From Hypanus sabinus (lineage: Eukaryota): a stretch of 64,000 bases of DNA. The stretch is from NCBI RefSeq assembly GCF_030144855.1, contig NC_082721.1, positions 35,154,001 through 35,218,000 on the forward strand. The letters run 5' to 3'. Positions within the stretch are counted from its first letter, which is position 1, and every line of letters begins with the position of its first letter. Both the position numbers and the translations under genes were made by a program. The notes beneath the pieces were generated by a model, which made no database searches, was not told where the DNA came from, and saw nothing but the letters and a program-made list of their open reading frames with translations. Shown here in pieces: positions 13,301-25,620 of the stretch.

Positions 13301-13915
13301 GCTAGGAACTCCAATTTGTGTGCGCATAGAGGGTGACAGACTCCGGCTGACAAATGCAACAGGTCTTAACCCTGTTCCCTGATCCTGATACAGAACACCC
13401 CCTAAACCCTCTTTGTATGTATGCAATACATAGGGAACTAGGGGTCTGCAAAAGCCAGCACAGGCATTTTCGTCAGCAGTTCCTTCAGCAACTGAAAGGC
13501 CTATTCACATTTAGCATCCCATCATACTCCAAAGGGCTAAGATCTTTACCATCCTCTCCTTCCCTCCCCAAGGGAGGGTAACTGCACAGAAGCTGATTTA
13601 AAGGATGACTCATTTTAAAGTAGTCCTTCATGAACCTTCGATATAACCCACCGAATCCAAGGAACGAGGGCAAGGTACTCACAGTCTGGGGCCTTGGCCA
13701 TGTGATCACCGCCTCTATCTTAGTCTCACAGGGTGGAGTAGCTTCGGATCCATCTCTGTGCCTAACATAGCTGACAGATGTCTTGCAGAACTGGCACTTG
13801 TCTAGGGAAAGTTTTAATGATTCAGCTTTCAAGGTGCCCAGCACCTCCAGTAACCTTGTTTCATGCTCCTCCAAGGTGGACCTGAACATTATGAGATCAT
13901 CCAGGTGGGTCATGG
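10338..13915 (-). mobile_element. Degenerate Gypsy LTR retrotransposon (partial RT, RNase H, integrase, 3' LTR); 5' half missing
   Basis: HLDDLIMF..LKLSLDKCQF (ORF 13485-13940), HKLEFLAFKW..RTNNNPLTYIL (13159-13359), integrase remnants HDDSDHLG. Polypurine tract (C-run on plus strand ~10996-11009) precedes an LTR 10338-10992 bounded by tgaaactccctg / cagggcattaca. Confidence 0.88.
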
Positions 13916-13939
13916 ATCTGCTTCGGCGTCTTCTCTCCA

Positions 13940-14062
13940 TCTATATATATCCGGTTGTTATATATTTTATTTTGTTGTTCTTGAAATGTTTTCAAGAAAA
14001 TGAATGTTAGGATGGTATTTTGATACTTTGATAATGAATTAATTTTGAGCTTGATACTTTGT
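13940..14062 (+). mobile_element. Short Rex/Babar-type 3' tail remnant
   Basis: tactttgataatgaatt..ttttgagcttgatactttg resembles the tails at 7973-8010 (reverse) and 34665-34705. Confidence 0.45.
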
Positions 14063-15084
14063 GATTTCTATCACAAATTAAATTTTAAAAATTCAAATTT
14101 TCTTGTGTATTGCACAAGGTACTTTGCCAGCTAACATACTTGAATTGTACAATTTTACTTTGTGATGCTAGTTTATGATTCTATGTACCTTAGATGTTCA
14201 CAGCCAAACTAGCCTATTGCTTCTTATAGATTATAACTCCTATAAATTTAATTTGTTTCTGTGGCAGTTGGACTGGATGTTACTGTTGGTTGTTCATTTA
14301 TCTTCATTAACATTTTCACAATAAGAGTCAGATGGCAATCTTTAGATTTCAAAAAGATTAAATATTTAACACGATGCAGTTGGCTGAAGATTAACCATCC
14401 AGTGTGTAAAAAAAACACACACACACTTTAAAGTAAGTGCAGCTGATTTCTTCAGTACATTCAAATGGGATGCTAACAGAATTTTCCTTGAAGAGATTGA
14501 GGATTTTGTTGCAGTGCATTTTGTAAAAGTAACAGGCCTCTGCTGAGTCCAGGGAGTATATGATAGAATCATTCTGCAAAATTTTAAGTACTAAGCTTAT
14601 CATAATACATTGCATGTTTAAGGTTCAGCATTCTCATTGGAACTTGACCAGAGGGGCCTTGATTTTTGTGTAGTTTAGAATAAATTATAACTTGCTATTC
14701 TGCAAAATATTGAAACAAAATTTCTGATATTAAAAATTTATGAATTTTTCCAATGTGTCATCATGTTCTTTGATCATGGGAGACATTAAAGCCTGATCTT
14801 GTCCTCTAACATCCACACCCCTGCACATTTTGCCTATTGAATAATGGTTAGATTTAATAACCTCTTACTCTAAAGCAGTAATGAACATTTTCTAGTAGAA
14901 TGTCAAATATTGAGGGGATATTCAGTGTATTTTAAGTAAACTGCATTTATATGCATTCTATAGAGATACTTAAATACATTTTTCATAACCCCAAACTACC
15001 TCTGTAGTGGCAGATCTGTTAATTTGAAAGAATTTGTGCATATTTCTAGAATACCTAGCCATTCTGTAAAACTTGTAAATCATT

Positions 15085-15400
15085 TTTTTAAATTTGCAGA
15101 AGTGATTTGCTATTGCCACCTTCTGGGTAGTGTGTTTACAAGATGGGTGACCCCAGCCATTATTGATACTCTACAGAAATTGTCTGATTGGCATTAGTGG
15201 TTACATAAACCAGGACTTGTGATCTGCACCAGCTGCTCATATGACCATCCACCACCTGCTTCCATGGCTTCATGTGATCCTGATCAGGGTGGGGTGGGGG
15301 GCTAAGTAGGTGCTGCACCTTGTCCAAGGGTGAATTGCAGGCTTGTGGACAGAAGGAACGCCTTACACCTCCTTTCAAGACTGATCTCCACCCCGCCAAC
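15085..15400 (-). mobile_element. RTE/BovB-related non-autonomous retroelement
   Basis: GC-richer insert whose reverse strand ends ..cccagaaggtggcaatagcaaatcacttctg, resembling the ggcaatggcaaaccac motif of RTE/BovB-associated short elements (recalled). Confidence 0.5.
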
Positions 15401-15986
15401 TGATTTATTAGATAAGTTTAATAAGAGGAGTCTGGGAAATAAAACTGCATCTCATAATGTACATTATTATTACTTCAGACTCTGACTAATGCTGGAGCAT
15501 TAAGCAATCTTAAAGTAGTTTGAGCGCTAAGAGTTGCATGTGTAAATCACAGAACAGTTGTAAATGGTAATCTGATGTCACTTAGGTTCCAGTTGCTTCT
15601 TGAGTTCCTTCTATTCTTTTGCTTTAGTAAATGATTTAGTAAGTGACAATTTCATGTGTTCCTAGATGAATGTTCAATACCAGTAGAATATTTAACAGGG
15701 TGACCTTCCATTGCTGATCCATAGTCCTTTATTCTCTTCCTATGATGGATTATTTTGTCACCTGTATTACACACCTAGTGCACTGTACAGAAGATGTTTT
15801 TTGTGCATTTGTAAACCAGTGCAGGCTATTTCAGAGTTAGTTTAAACTCAGTACTTTCGAATGTCACCAGTGATGAATACTGAAATATTTTGAAACATTT
15901 TATTTTATAAAATAGTTTGACAGTCATGTATAACTTATGTGTATTTCTTCTATGGGTCTGAATTGCAATTTACTAAACTACTTTAG

Positions 15987-16023
15987 GATCATGGATTAAC
16001 TGTCCACAGAATGGCCAAGGATG
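15987..16023 (+). CDS. Candidate 37-nt internal exon of an unidentified plus-strand gene
   Basis: tttactaaactactttAG|GATCATGG...AAGGATG|GTGAGT; branch-like TACTAA; two open frames (DHGLTVHRMAKD or SWINCPQNGQG); lies in unique sequence. Confidence 0.4.
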
Positions 16024-16708
16024 GTGAGTTGCCAAAGAATCTTGGGTGCAAAAACCTTTCTCTGGCATCCTTCCACTTAAAGAGGGAGAGAAAAGTATAG
16101 GGAAGAGAAGTATGCAAGAATTAAGTAATAATTTGCCAGTGTTTTTCTGGCTCACTGGTCTCCTTCCAGGGGTGTTCTGATCAGATACTGGAACACTTCC
16201 CTGTATTTCACAGCAGGAGAGGCAGGGAGTAATGAGGCTGGAATCCAGTAGTGTGTAATTACCTTTCTAATTGGAGGAAGGGAAGCACTTCTGAAGGCGG
16301 TCTCCTTCCTTAATCCTGAAAAATTTTGTTACTTTAAAATGGAGTTAATAATGGGTTTTGATTTGGGGACGGGAAGCTATGATGCCATAGATTTTTATTA
16401 TTCCATTTTTTTATAATTATAATATGAATGATTAGCAAATGTTCAGTTTTGAAGTTGAAATTACTTTAAGCATGTATGAATGTATACATACAATGTTTTG
16501 TATCATCAATGTTGATACTAGCTATTTAATATTTTTAAATAAGCATTGGGCCATTTTTGTAGGAAATATTTTACTTTACTAATGATGAAAATGCCTTCTA
16601 TTTTTGATGCTTCATGGAGAATTTATTTGGTTTTATCAGTGCTTATTTCCCTTGGGTGGAACGACAGTTCTGATTTGTTAATAATTCACTTTTCTCTCTC
16701 CTTTCTAG

Positions 16709-16737
16709 TCTCAAGCAGCAGTAGACGGCCGAAGTGA
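16709..16737 (+). CDS. Candidate terminal coding exon of the same unidentified gene
   Basis: Strong pyrimidine tract cacttttctctctcctttctAG|. Joined to 15987-16023 it gives ...MAKDVSSSSRRPK* (TGA 16735-16737) or ...QNGQGCLKQQ* (TAG 16722-16724). Followed by ~1.2 kb of AT-rich, TE-free UTR-like sequence with AATAAA motifs. Confidence 0.4.
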
Positions 16738-17989
16738 TGTTCCTCTGAAAGAAAATGAATATGTGATCAGTGAGAATACTGGTTAGTATAGCTCACAAAA
16801 CACAATCAGTTTTTTCCTTTATTGATTTTAAAATGATTGAAACAACAACTTAGGCTTCATAAGCTGCAGAATTCCTTTAGCAGCTTCATTGTTTCTTGTT
16901 GACATGTATGTTACCCTACTCCATGATTAATATTAGAAAACATGATTAATAAAGCTCTGACAGGGTATTAATGTTCAATTATTGCTTTGTTGATAATGTC
17001 TGCTTTTCTTTTTGCAGTGACTCACAAGGATGGAGTTTTCAAATCACAGCTGTCCAAGCTTATCATAGTTGCTCGCACAGGACATGATGAACTGTAATTA
17101 GAAGACCATTATAAGTAACCATTGAAATAAACCTTAAATTTTATTACTGTAAATTCATTACCTTAATTCAATTATTGGAAACATTTTCATCCCCACCCTT
17201 GTATTTTTCATTTTGATTTTCTCCTTTAATGACAGAGCAGAATTAATGTGTATTGTTGCTTGCTGTTCTATCAACCATCTTAAATGAAACACATTTTAGT
17301 TTAAAAGTGATCTTCTGTAAATGACAAATGTTCTTGTTAATCTTTCAAATCTTGAAGAGATCCTTGGTCCTATCAGGGTGTCTCATTTCAAACACAAAAA
17401 AGGGAAGAAGTAACAGAGCACTCTTGGAAGATCAACTGTGGCCATTCTACACTCAGTCTTGCACTGTAACAAGGACCTTTGTTAAATCCTGTAAATCTGA
17501 TTAAATATCAAAATTATAAACTGAGCATAATGTATGCCCATCTTTACAACACTGATTTTTTTTGTATTAATGCAGGTATATTTGATTAGTTAATATACAC
17601 TGGGTGCTGTTTGAAAACCAAAACTGAAACCTGTCTACAACTGTAAGAATGAACTTTGACTTGGTGTTAACTTATAGAGCTTATCTGTACAGTGCTGTTG
17701 TTGAAATGCAACATGATTCTTATGTCTGGAAGTCCTCTACTTTTATATTAGGTAACAATTGTTTATGGGGACCATATGCCTTTATATTTTACAATCAATT
17801 GCAAATAATTTGGTAAAAGCTTAATGTATCATCTACAGTTAACCTTGTATTTGGTTTTGTTACAGACCTATGCCACAAGGGGAATAAATTACTGATTTCA
17901 GTTCATCTGTACTTTTTCTGACTGCTTGAATTTTATTATTTGTCAAATAACTTGATGTGTTTGTAGCACAGTATATGAGCTTAAAGTAT

Positions 17990-20300
17990 TGAATTGGATA
18001 ATTGTTAAGGGATTCTTGACAAAAATGTAACATTTGAAAGAGTGATCAATGGAGTCAAAAGAAATGAGAACAAATTAATCAGTAATGATAACACATGTGA
18101 ACAGTAATAATTGAATATTGAAAGCTAAGATAAAGGCAACACTAAATGCATCAAGGGAAAGGATGGCAATGTGGAAATTAGAACTTCGGAAAATTGAGAC
18201 TGTGGGAGGGTAAATATGAAGCAAAGTTCAAATAACAGAAGAAATATGAGGATTGAGGTTTAGTTGAAGGAATTTCGCATAAACTAAAAGCTGAAAAAGA
18301 ACAAAATGGGAGAGATATTCAATAATTACTTCGCCTTTTTATTTACTAGGGAGCCTAGCAAGGTGGTTACAAAAGTTGAATCAAATATACTATTAAGATA
18401 AGTGATTATGGTGGTGCATGTCAAATTTAGAACAAAAACATGGTCATGATGAATTGTGCTTGCACATTAAAAGTTGGGAATGAAAATGCAAGAGTAGAAG
18501 TAGATGTAAAGAGAATTTGAAATAGAGAATTGATCCTGGGCTTTAAGTTACTATAATAAAGTTTATTTGTAGAAGTGAACCAAGCCATTCAACGAGTAGA
18601 ATTAAGAATATGCTGGTGCAAAACTGTTGTAGACTATGGGAGTATTCCACAAGCTGCAGTGCTGAGACTACATGTTTGCTATGTGCATAAATGATCTGAA
18701 TTCTAGAATTAGAAGTTCAATTTAAGATTGATAGATGGCATCAAATTGGAGGAGGTAATTCATATGGAGAACTGTGATTTGATACAGCTGGTATTTGTGA
18801 TCTTATAAGTTCGTGGTGAAGTTTAATACTGGACTTAAATACAAACATCTTTGACAGGAAGGATATTGAGCCCTTGATAATTTAAGCACAATAGAATAAT
18901 AGAGCACATTGTGGTACAAATATTTAAATTGTAAAGTTGAACTTACAGTTTGCTAATGCTTTGCAATTACCTGGTTTGCTGCATTAACTACCCATAAAAT
19001 CTGGTCTGATGTTCATCTAAGTCACAATAATAGATACACACAATCTGCCTAAACCAATAACACACAAACAATTGTACTTGTTAAAACTGAATGCAAAGAC
19101 CTATAGAAGTCTCTAGAACTTGCTAAGGTGTCCACTATAAGAAAAATACTGAACAAGAAAAATGTTCATGGAAGGATACCAGGGAGGCAACTATTGCACT
19201 CCAAAAAAAAAATTGCTCCATGTGTCAAGTTTGCAAATGACCACCAAGATGTTTCACAATGCTTCAGTGAACAGATGAGATAAAAATTGTACTTTTTAGC
19301 AGAAATGCATACAGTACTGCTAAGTTTGGAGGAAAAGGGGCACTGCACACCAACACCAAAACCTCATCTCAACTGTGAAACATGGTAGAAGGAGCATCAT
19401 GGTTTGAGGCTGCTTTGCTACCTCAGGCCTGGACATCTTGAGAGAACAATGAATTCAAAATTGTATTGACACTTTACAGGAGAATATCAGGGTAACAGTC
19501 TGCCATCTGAAGCTTAATAGAAGTTGGATGATGCAACAAGGCAATAATCTGAAACACGAGTAAGTCAATAACGGTTTAAGAAGAAGAACATTTGTGTTAT
19601 GGAATGGCCGAGTCCAGATGTTAACCCAATTGAGGTGCTGTGGAATGAACTGAAACAATTTTGTATGGAGAAATGGTCTAAAATTCTTCCTTGCTGTTGT
19701 GCAAGTCTGATCAGCAGTTACAGGAAATGTTTGGTGGAGGTTATTGCTGTTAATGGAGGTTCTACCAGTTATTAAATACAAAAGTTCAGGGACTTTATCC
19801 AGCCTGAGCTGTGAATGATTAAACAAGGTGTTCAATAAAGACATGAAAAGTAGAATTGTTTGTGTGTTATTAGTATAGGCAGATTGTATTTGTCTATTAT
19901 TATGACTTAGATGAAGATCAGACCACATTGTATGAGTAATTAATGCAGAAGACCAGGTAATTGCAAAGGGTTCATAACCTTTTCTTGCAACTGTAAATGA
20001 AGCATGTTGATTTCTAGAGATTCCATAGAACAGATAATTCAGAATTGAGTATTGTAGAGCAATTAAACCACTGTTAATATTTCTGATAGTCAGGTTCTTA
20101 GAAAAGGGAAAAAAGGCTATACTATAAGATAAATTTTACTGGAAAATTATAACTGAAATGCTGCATTTTTTTCCTGACCAATTTGTGGAGCTTTATCGCT
20201 TGACGAAAGGTTGGGATTGTGACTAAGGCTCATAAGTACTACTTCTAAATGGTTGAAGGTGGTGATTATTTCACATCCAGAACAAGTGATCTTTTTGTTC
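17990..20300 (+). mobile_element. Very old CR1 remnant (host of the Tc1 at 18946)
   Basis: Decayed CR1-like segments: GEIFNNYFAFLFTRE-like at ~18308, DGIKLEEV-like (DDTKLGG) at ~18733, and post-RT remnants after 19995. Confidence 0.5.
18946..19993 (+). mobile_element. Tc1-family transposon with long TIRs, internally deleted
   Basis: TA|CAGTT...AACTG|TA; ~130-150 bp inverted terminal repeats (18960-19080 vs 19850-19970); remnants STIRKILNK..HGRIP, TDEIKIVLF, TVKHG..SIMV*GCF, MQQGNNLKH, EWP-SPDVNPIE. Confidence 0.9.
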
Positions 20301-21329
20301 ATCTTGGTTTCTTGTGCCTTTAATTTTGTTTTGTTTACAAATGATTGTAAATAATAAAATAAAGTATTAATGGCACAATGCCGATGTTTCTCAATGCTTG
20401 TGCCAAGGTTTGACAATGTGTTTAAGGAGTTAATAATATAAAAAGGATTTGAGTTTATTTGGTGTCCTTCATGTCATTACCAAATGTTTTCCATCAAATT
20501 ACATTTAAGTAAGGTCATTGTTATAATGCTGGAAGCATGACAGCTAATTTGTTTCCAGCAAACTCCTAAGGACACCAATATGGTATTGATTCAAAAATCT
20601 GTTTGATGTTAGTTTAGGGATAAATTTTGCCCAGGACGTCAAAGAAATTTGCTCTGCTGGAAGCTGTTTAATGCTCACCTGTGTGGGCAGAGAGATTAAA
20701 ATGCAACTGTTTGGATTATTTTTGAAGAAGTCTTTAAGATGATGAATGAAGGAAACCTGTTAAATATTATGTGCATAAATATTGTAGCTTATCCCTTCTA
20801 AACTTAAATCATAACATTTTAATTAATGAATTGGTTCAACTTGGATTCCTCAGGGACTGACCCTATGCTTACTCATTTTACTCATTTTGATGAGAACTTA
20901 AGCTCAGCAAGTTGAGAGCTGACACCAGCATTTCTGCAAGGGTTAAGATGAAAGTCTAATAAAATTTTACAAGAAGTTTTAGTGCTTTAGGCATGTGGAG
21001 CTCAAATGGCAAAAACGTGTTAATCTAGAATGCAGTTTTACACATTTTTGTAGAGCAGCACTCAATATGACTCGGGAATAATGTGGCGAAATCAACTGAA
21101 AAGTCTGAGCTTCACTTGAAATTGCACGTCAATAGATTATGACTATAAAGGAGAAGCTAGTTAACATTAGTAAGAAATTGTGTTTCAGTAGAAGTGTACA
21201 CTCTGTTACATCTCTAAATAAAAGAAAAGAATTGTTAGACACCATGAATCAATAGTCAAAAAATTGTCTATTGCTTGGGTTTTAGAATAAATTTAAGAAC
21301 CAGATGCTGGCATTTACCTCTGCAAGCAG

Positions 21330-21920
21330 CACAAGTGCTATGCTCACCTGTTCAGCTCCTCCCTCAACAGCATTCAGGGCCCTAAGCAGTCCTTGCAGGT
21401 GAGGCAACAGTTCCCTGCAAGTTTGTTGGCTCCCACTATGTTGGTGAGACCTGACATAGATTGGGGTATTGCTTCATCTAGCACTTTTGCTCCTTCAGTA
21501 ATGACTCCCATTCTGACATGTTGGTCCATGGCCTCCTCTACTGCCATGATGAGGCCACTCATTTGGAGGAGCAACATCTCATATTCTGACTTTGAGATTC
21601 CAAGCATGAAAATTGATTTCTTCAACTTCTCCCTTCTCCCCTCTCCCCCTTCTCTCCTTTCTCATTCCCCATTCTAGTTCCTCTCTTACCTTTTCCCTTC
21701 TCCTCACCAGCCTATCACTTCCCTCTGGTACCCCTCCCCTTTCTCCCATGGTCCACACTCTTGTCATATTAGATTCCTCCTTCAGCCCTTTATTTTTTTC
21801 ACGGTCTGAAATGCCGACTCTTTGTTCCTCTTCATAGATGCTGACTGACCTGCTGAGATCCTCCAGCATTTTGTGTGTATTACTTTGGATTCACAACATC
21901 TGCAGAATTTCTTGTGTTTA
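21330..21920 (+). mobile_element. Penelope-like element 3' fragment (GIY-YIG remnant + pseudo-LTR)
   Basis: IQGPKQSLQVRQQF..YVGET remnant, pyrimidine-rich tract, then ..atagatgctgactgacctgctgagatcctccagcattttgtgtgt..tctgcagaatttcttgtgtt end shared with the 24 kb and 57 kb copies. Hammerhead core deleted here. Confidence 0.8.
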
Positions 21921-23877
21921 TTTTACCCCCTGCCATTAGTTTTATGAATAATACAATAATACAAATGGCCCATGAACATTATCTCATTATTCCCCTTTTC
22001 ACAATATTTATGTATACTTTTATAACTTACAGTAATTTTTATTTCTTGCATTGAATAAACCTAATTCTGATTACTTTAGAGCAATAAGAATTTAAATATA
22101 ATTTGACAAATCTATGTTGATTAAGTAGCTGAATAGTGCAATATTATTCAATTTCTGCCTTGTTTAATTGACTGGAAGGCTTGGGAATGTGCCGTTAAAC
22201 ATTAGACCATTTCTGGTTGGCATAATGGGTGCATTATTATTTTCAACTTTAACAGGGAGTAGGACTATTTCTTACCTGGAACAAAGTTTGCATCACAGTA
22301 CATTGTATCCTTGTTAAAACTTTTGATCTAGAGTAGTATTGATTTTTAAAGGAAATTATAAGGTTATTTTTCAGTATATTATTTTGCCCTTGCGTCTCAA
22401 AAAGATATCAGGCTATATGTATTGGGAGGTGATGGGGAGGAAGCATTTAGCTATGAAGGTCTGACAAGGTGTTGGACAAACTTGGTTCATGAATTGGTCT
22501 TGTCCTGTCCATAAATTTTAAGTTTATGAAGTGGTACCATAGAATAGGCATGAAGTCAGAAGGGTAATGTGCCAATGCGTAACAAGTATATAGGGCCGCA
22601 CATCTCACACATGCGCATGAAATCCCCATTCATCATCGTTCTGAACCAGAACGATCCTAATAATAGTATGTCAATAAACAAAAGTTTAGTTAGATCGCAA
22701 GTTCCATATGGGCACTGATATGCAGGAAAATTAGAGGCCCTGGTAGAATACAGTGTTAATTTTCACATAAAGAATAAATTATGAAGAGTAGTTAGATTAA
22801 CATGGTTCATGTTTTGAGTTTACAACATTGTTTAAAATTACAAATATGAAACTCCATTTAGTAATTACAAAGAACCTATTATGTCTGCTAAAGAATGCAT
22901 CATAAGGCCAAAACCTTACAAATTAAAGTTAGACCCTTTAGCAATTAAATTTGAAGCCACTTTATCAGACACAAGCTAGTGGAATCCAGAGTTGCCTTTT
23001 TCCAGAAAGCTGTGAATGGTGAGTCAATGTAAACTTTGACACCGACTGATCTTTGTTAGGAAGAGTATCAGGAGGTATGGAACAAGTTGTAATAATTGAA
23101 ATTGAAGCACAGAACACCTTTGATCTAATTGAAAAACAGGTCTGGCTGCTGGATTTGACTGTTTTCTGGAGGCTTTATATTCTGTTTGGAACTGTCACTT
23201 TAATTATATTTATTTCCTCAATTTATTATTAGGTATACATTGAGAAGCTTTCAATAATTTCTGCTACTTATTAACCTTAGCTGAAAATATATGCCCGGTA
23301 TGTTGAATGGTCATCTATGCATGGAGCTGAAAGAGATGGGGATATTTTAAATTGATTTTTGCATCTATATTCCCTTGGAAGACGGACACTAAGTCTATAG
23401 AACTGAAGCAAAATAGTAGTGAGATCATGGACTATATACAGAAGAGGAGATGCTTGCTGTCTTGAAGCAAATTAGGGTGAATAAGACCCCAGGGCATCTC
23501 AGAGTATCCCTTCAGACCTAATGGGAGGCTAGTGCAGAAAATGTAAGGGTCCTGGCAGAGTTTTTTTTTAAATATCCTTAACCATAGGTGAGGTAAAGGG
23601 TGAATGGAGGATTGTTAAATTGTTTTGTTACTTAAGAAAGATTCTAAGAATAACCCAGGGAATTAAAGGCCAGTGAGTCTGATGTCAGTAGCGGGTAAAT
23701 TATTGGAAGTTCCTTTAAGAAACGGGATTATATATAGGTATTTGGAGGCCTGATTAGTGATCGTCAACATGGCTTTGTGTGTAGTAGCTCAAATTAACCA
23801 ATTTTGTAATGTTTTTTTTTTGAAGATGGTGCCAGAAATATTAATGAAGGAATGGCAGTGTACATTGTCTACATGGA

Positions 23878-24738
23878 ATACACACAAAATGTTCGAGGAA
23901 CTCAGCAAGCTAGGCAGCGTTTATGGTCGAGATCCTTCATCAGGACTCGAGAAAAATGATGAGAAGTTAGAGTAAGAAAATGAGGGGAAGGGAGGAACAC
24001 TCAAGTGTAGCCTGTTGGGGTCACCTACTGTATCTGGTGCTCCCAGTGAGGCACCCTGTATATTGGTGAGACCCGACATAAATCGGGAGACCGCTTTGTG
24101 GAGCACCTACACTCTGTCCGCTAGAAAAGGTGGGATCTCCTGATAGCCACCTATTTCAATTCTACTTCCCATTCCCATTCTGACATGTCAGTTCATGGCC
24201 TACTCTACTGCCCTGATGAGGCCACACTCAGGATGGACGACCAACACCTTATATCCCATCTGGGTAGTCTCCAATCTGATGGCATGAACGTCGATTTCTG
24301 GAACTTCTGGTAATTGCACCCCCCCCCCCTTCATTTCCCATTCCTGTTTCCCTCTCTCACATTACCTACTTACCTGCCCATCACCTTCCTCTGTTGCTCC
24401 TCCCCTTTCCTTTTCTTCCATGGCCTTTTAAACTCTCCTATCAGGTTTCTCCTCGTCTGGCCCTGTATCTCCTTCACCAATCATCCCCAGCCCTTTACTT
24501 CACCCCTCCCCCTCTCCTGGTTTCACCTATCACCTACCACCTAGTATTTCTCCTCCCCTCCCCCCACCTTCTCCTCTCTGACTTTTCATCTTTTTTTCAC
24601 CAGTTCTGATGAAGGGTTTCAGCTGGAAATGTTGACTGTTTACACTTTTCTATAGATGCTGCCTGGCCTTCTAAGTTCCGCCAACATTTTGTGTGGTTGC
24701 TTGGATTTCCAGCATTTGCAGATTTTCTCATGTTTATG
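23878..24738 (+). mobile_element. Penelope-like element with inverted 5' pseudo-LTR segment
   Basis: TSD attgtctacatgga (23864-23877) / attgtctacacaga (24739-24752); GIY-YIG remnant GVTYCIWCSQ*GTLYIGETRHKSGDRFVEHLH (~24018-24113); 23878-~23995 is an inverted, deleted copy of the 3' end. Confidence 0.88.
24601..24638 (+). ncRNA. Degenerate minimal type I hammerhead ribozyme (Penelope-associated)
   Basis: cagtt-CTGATGA-agggtttcagctg-GAAA-tGTT-gactg: core boxes intact, stem I cagtt/gactg, stem II weakened. Confidence 0.6.
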
Positions 24739-25394
24739 ATTGTCTACACAGACTTTAGCAAGGGCTTTGACAAAGTTGAGCATGGAAGGCTAGTCAAGAA
24801 GGTCCAGTTGCTTGGCAATCAGGATGAGGTTGTAAATTTGATTCAACATTAGCTTCACAGAAGAAGCTGGAGAGTGATAGTAGATGGTTGTCTCCCTGAC
24901 TGGAGGCCTGTGCTAGTGGTGTGACACAGGGACTGGTGCTGGGTCCATTGTTATTTGTCACCTATACCAACAAACTGGACGATAACGTGGTAAATTGGAT
25001 CAGCACATTTTGAAGATGACACCAAGATAGGGACCTAGTGAATAGTAAGGAAAGCCACCAAAGCTTGTAGTGTGTTCTGGGACAACTGGAAAAATGGCTG
25101 CAAAATGGCAGATGGAATTTAATGCAGATAAATGCGAGTCATTACACATTCGGTGGACAAACCAAGGTAGGACTTACATAAAGTGAACTTTCATCAATTA
25201 GAGTATTGAGTGCAGGAGTTGAAATTTTGAAATTGTATAAGACTTTGAGGATAAACTTATAGTATTGTGTACAGTTCTGGTCACCCCCCATCCCCCTATA
25301 GGAATGATATCAATAATATTGAAAGAGTGCAAACAAATGTTACAAGAATGTTACCAGATCTTGAGGGCTTGAGTTACAGAGAAACTACAGGGAA

Positions 25395-25620
25395 ACTTTT
25401 TCTTAATGTACAGTATTTCTGTTTTTGCACATTTTAAAACATCTATTCAATATACATAATAGATTTACAAACATTTGTATTTATTTATTATGGTTTATTT
25501 TATTTGTTATTATTATTTTCTCTCTCTGCTAGATTATGTATTGCATTGAACTGCTACTGCTAAGTTAACAAATCTCACGTCACGTGCTGGTGATAAAACT
25601 GATTCTGATTTTGATTCTGA
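25395..25620 (+). mobile_element. Rex/Babar-type 3' tail inserted into CR1
   Basis: ..attgcattgaactgctactgctaagttaacaaat..gtgataaaactgattctgattttgattctga tail; CR1 text (SYRE|RLNR) resumes at 25621. Confidence 0.65.

Noticed and set aside
21795-21830. Hammerhead in the 21.3-21.9 kb Penelope copy
   Set aside because: The CUGANGA box is deleted; only a gaaat remnant is left.
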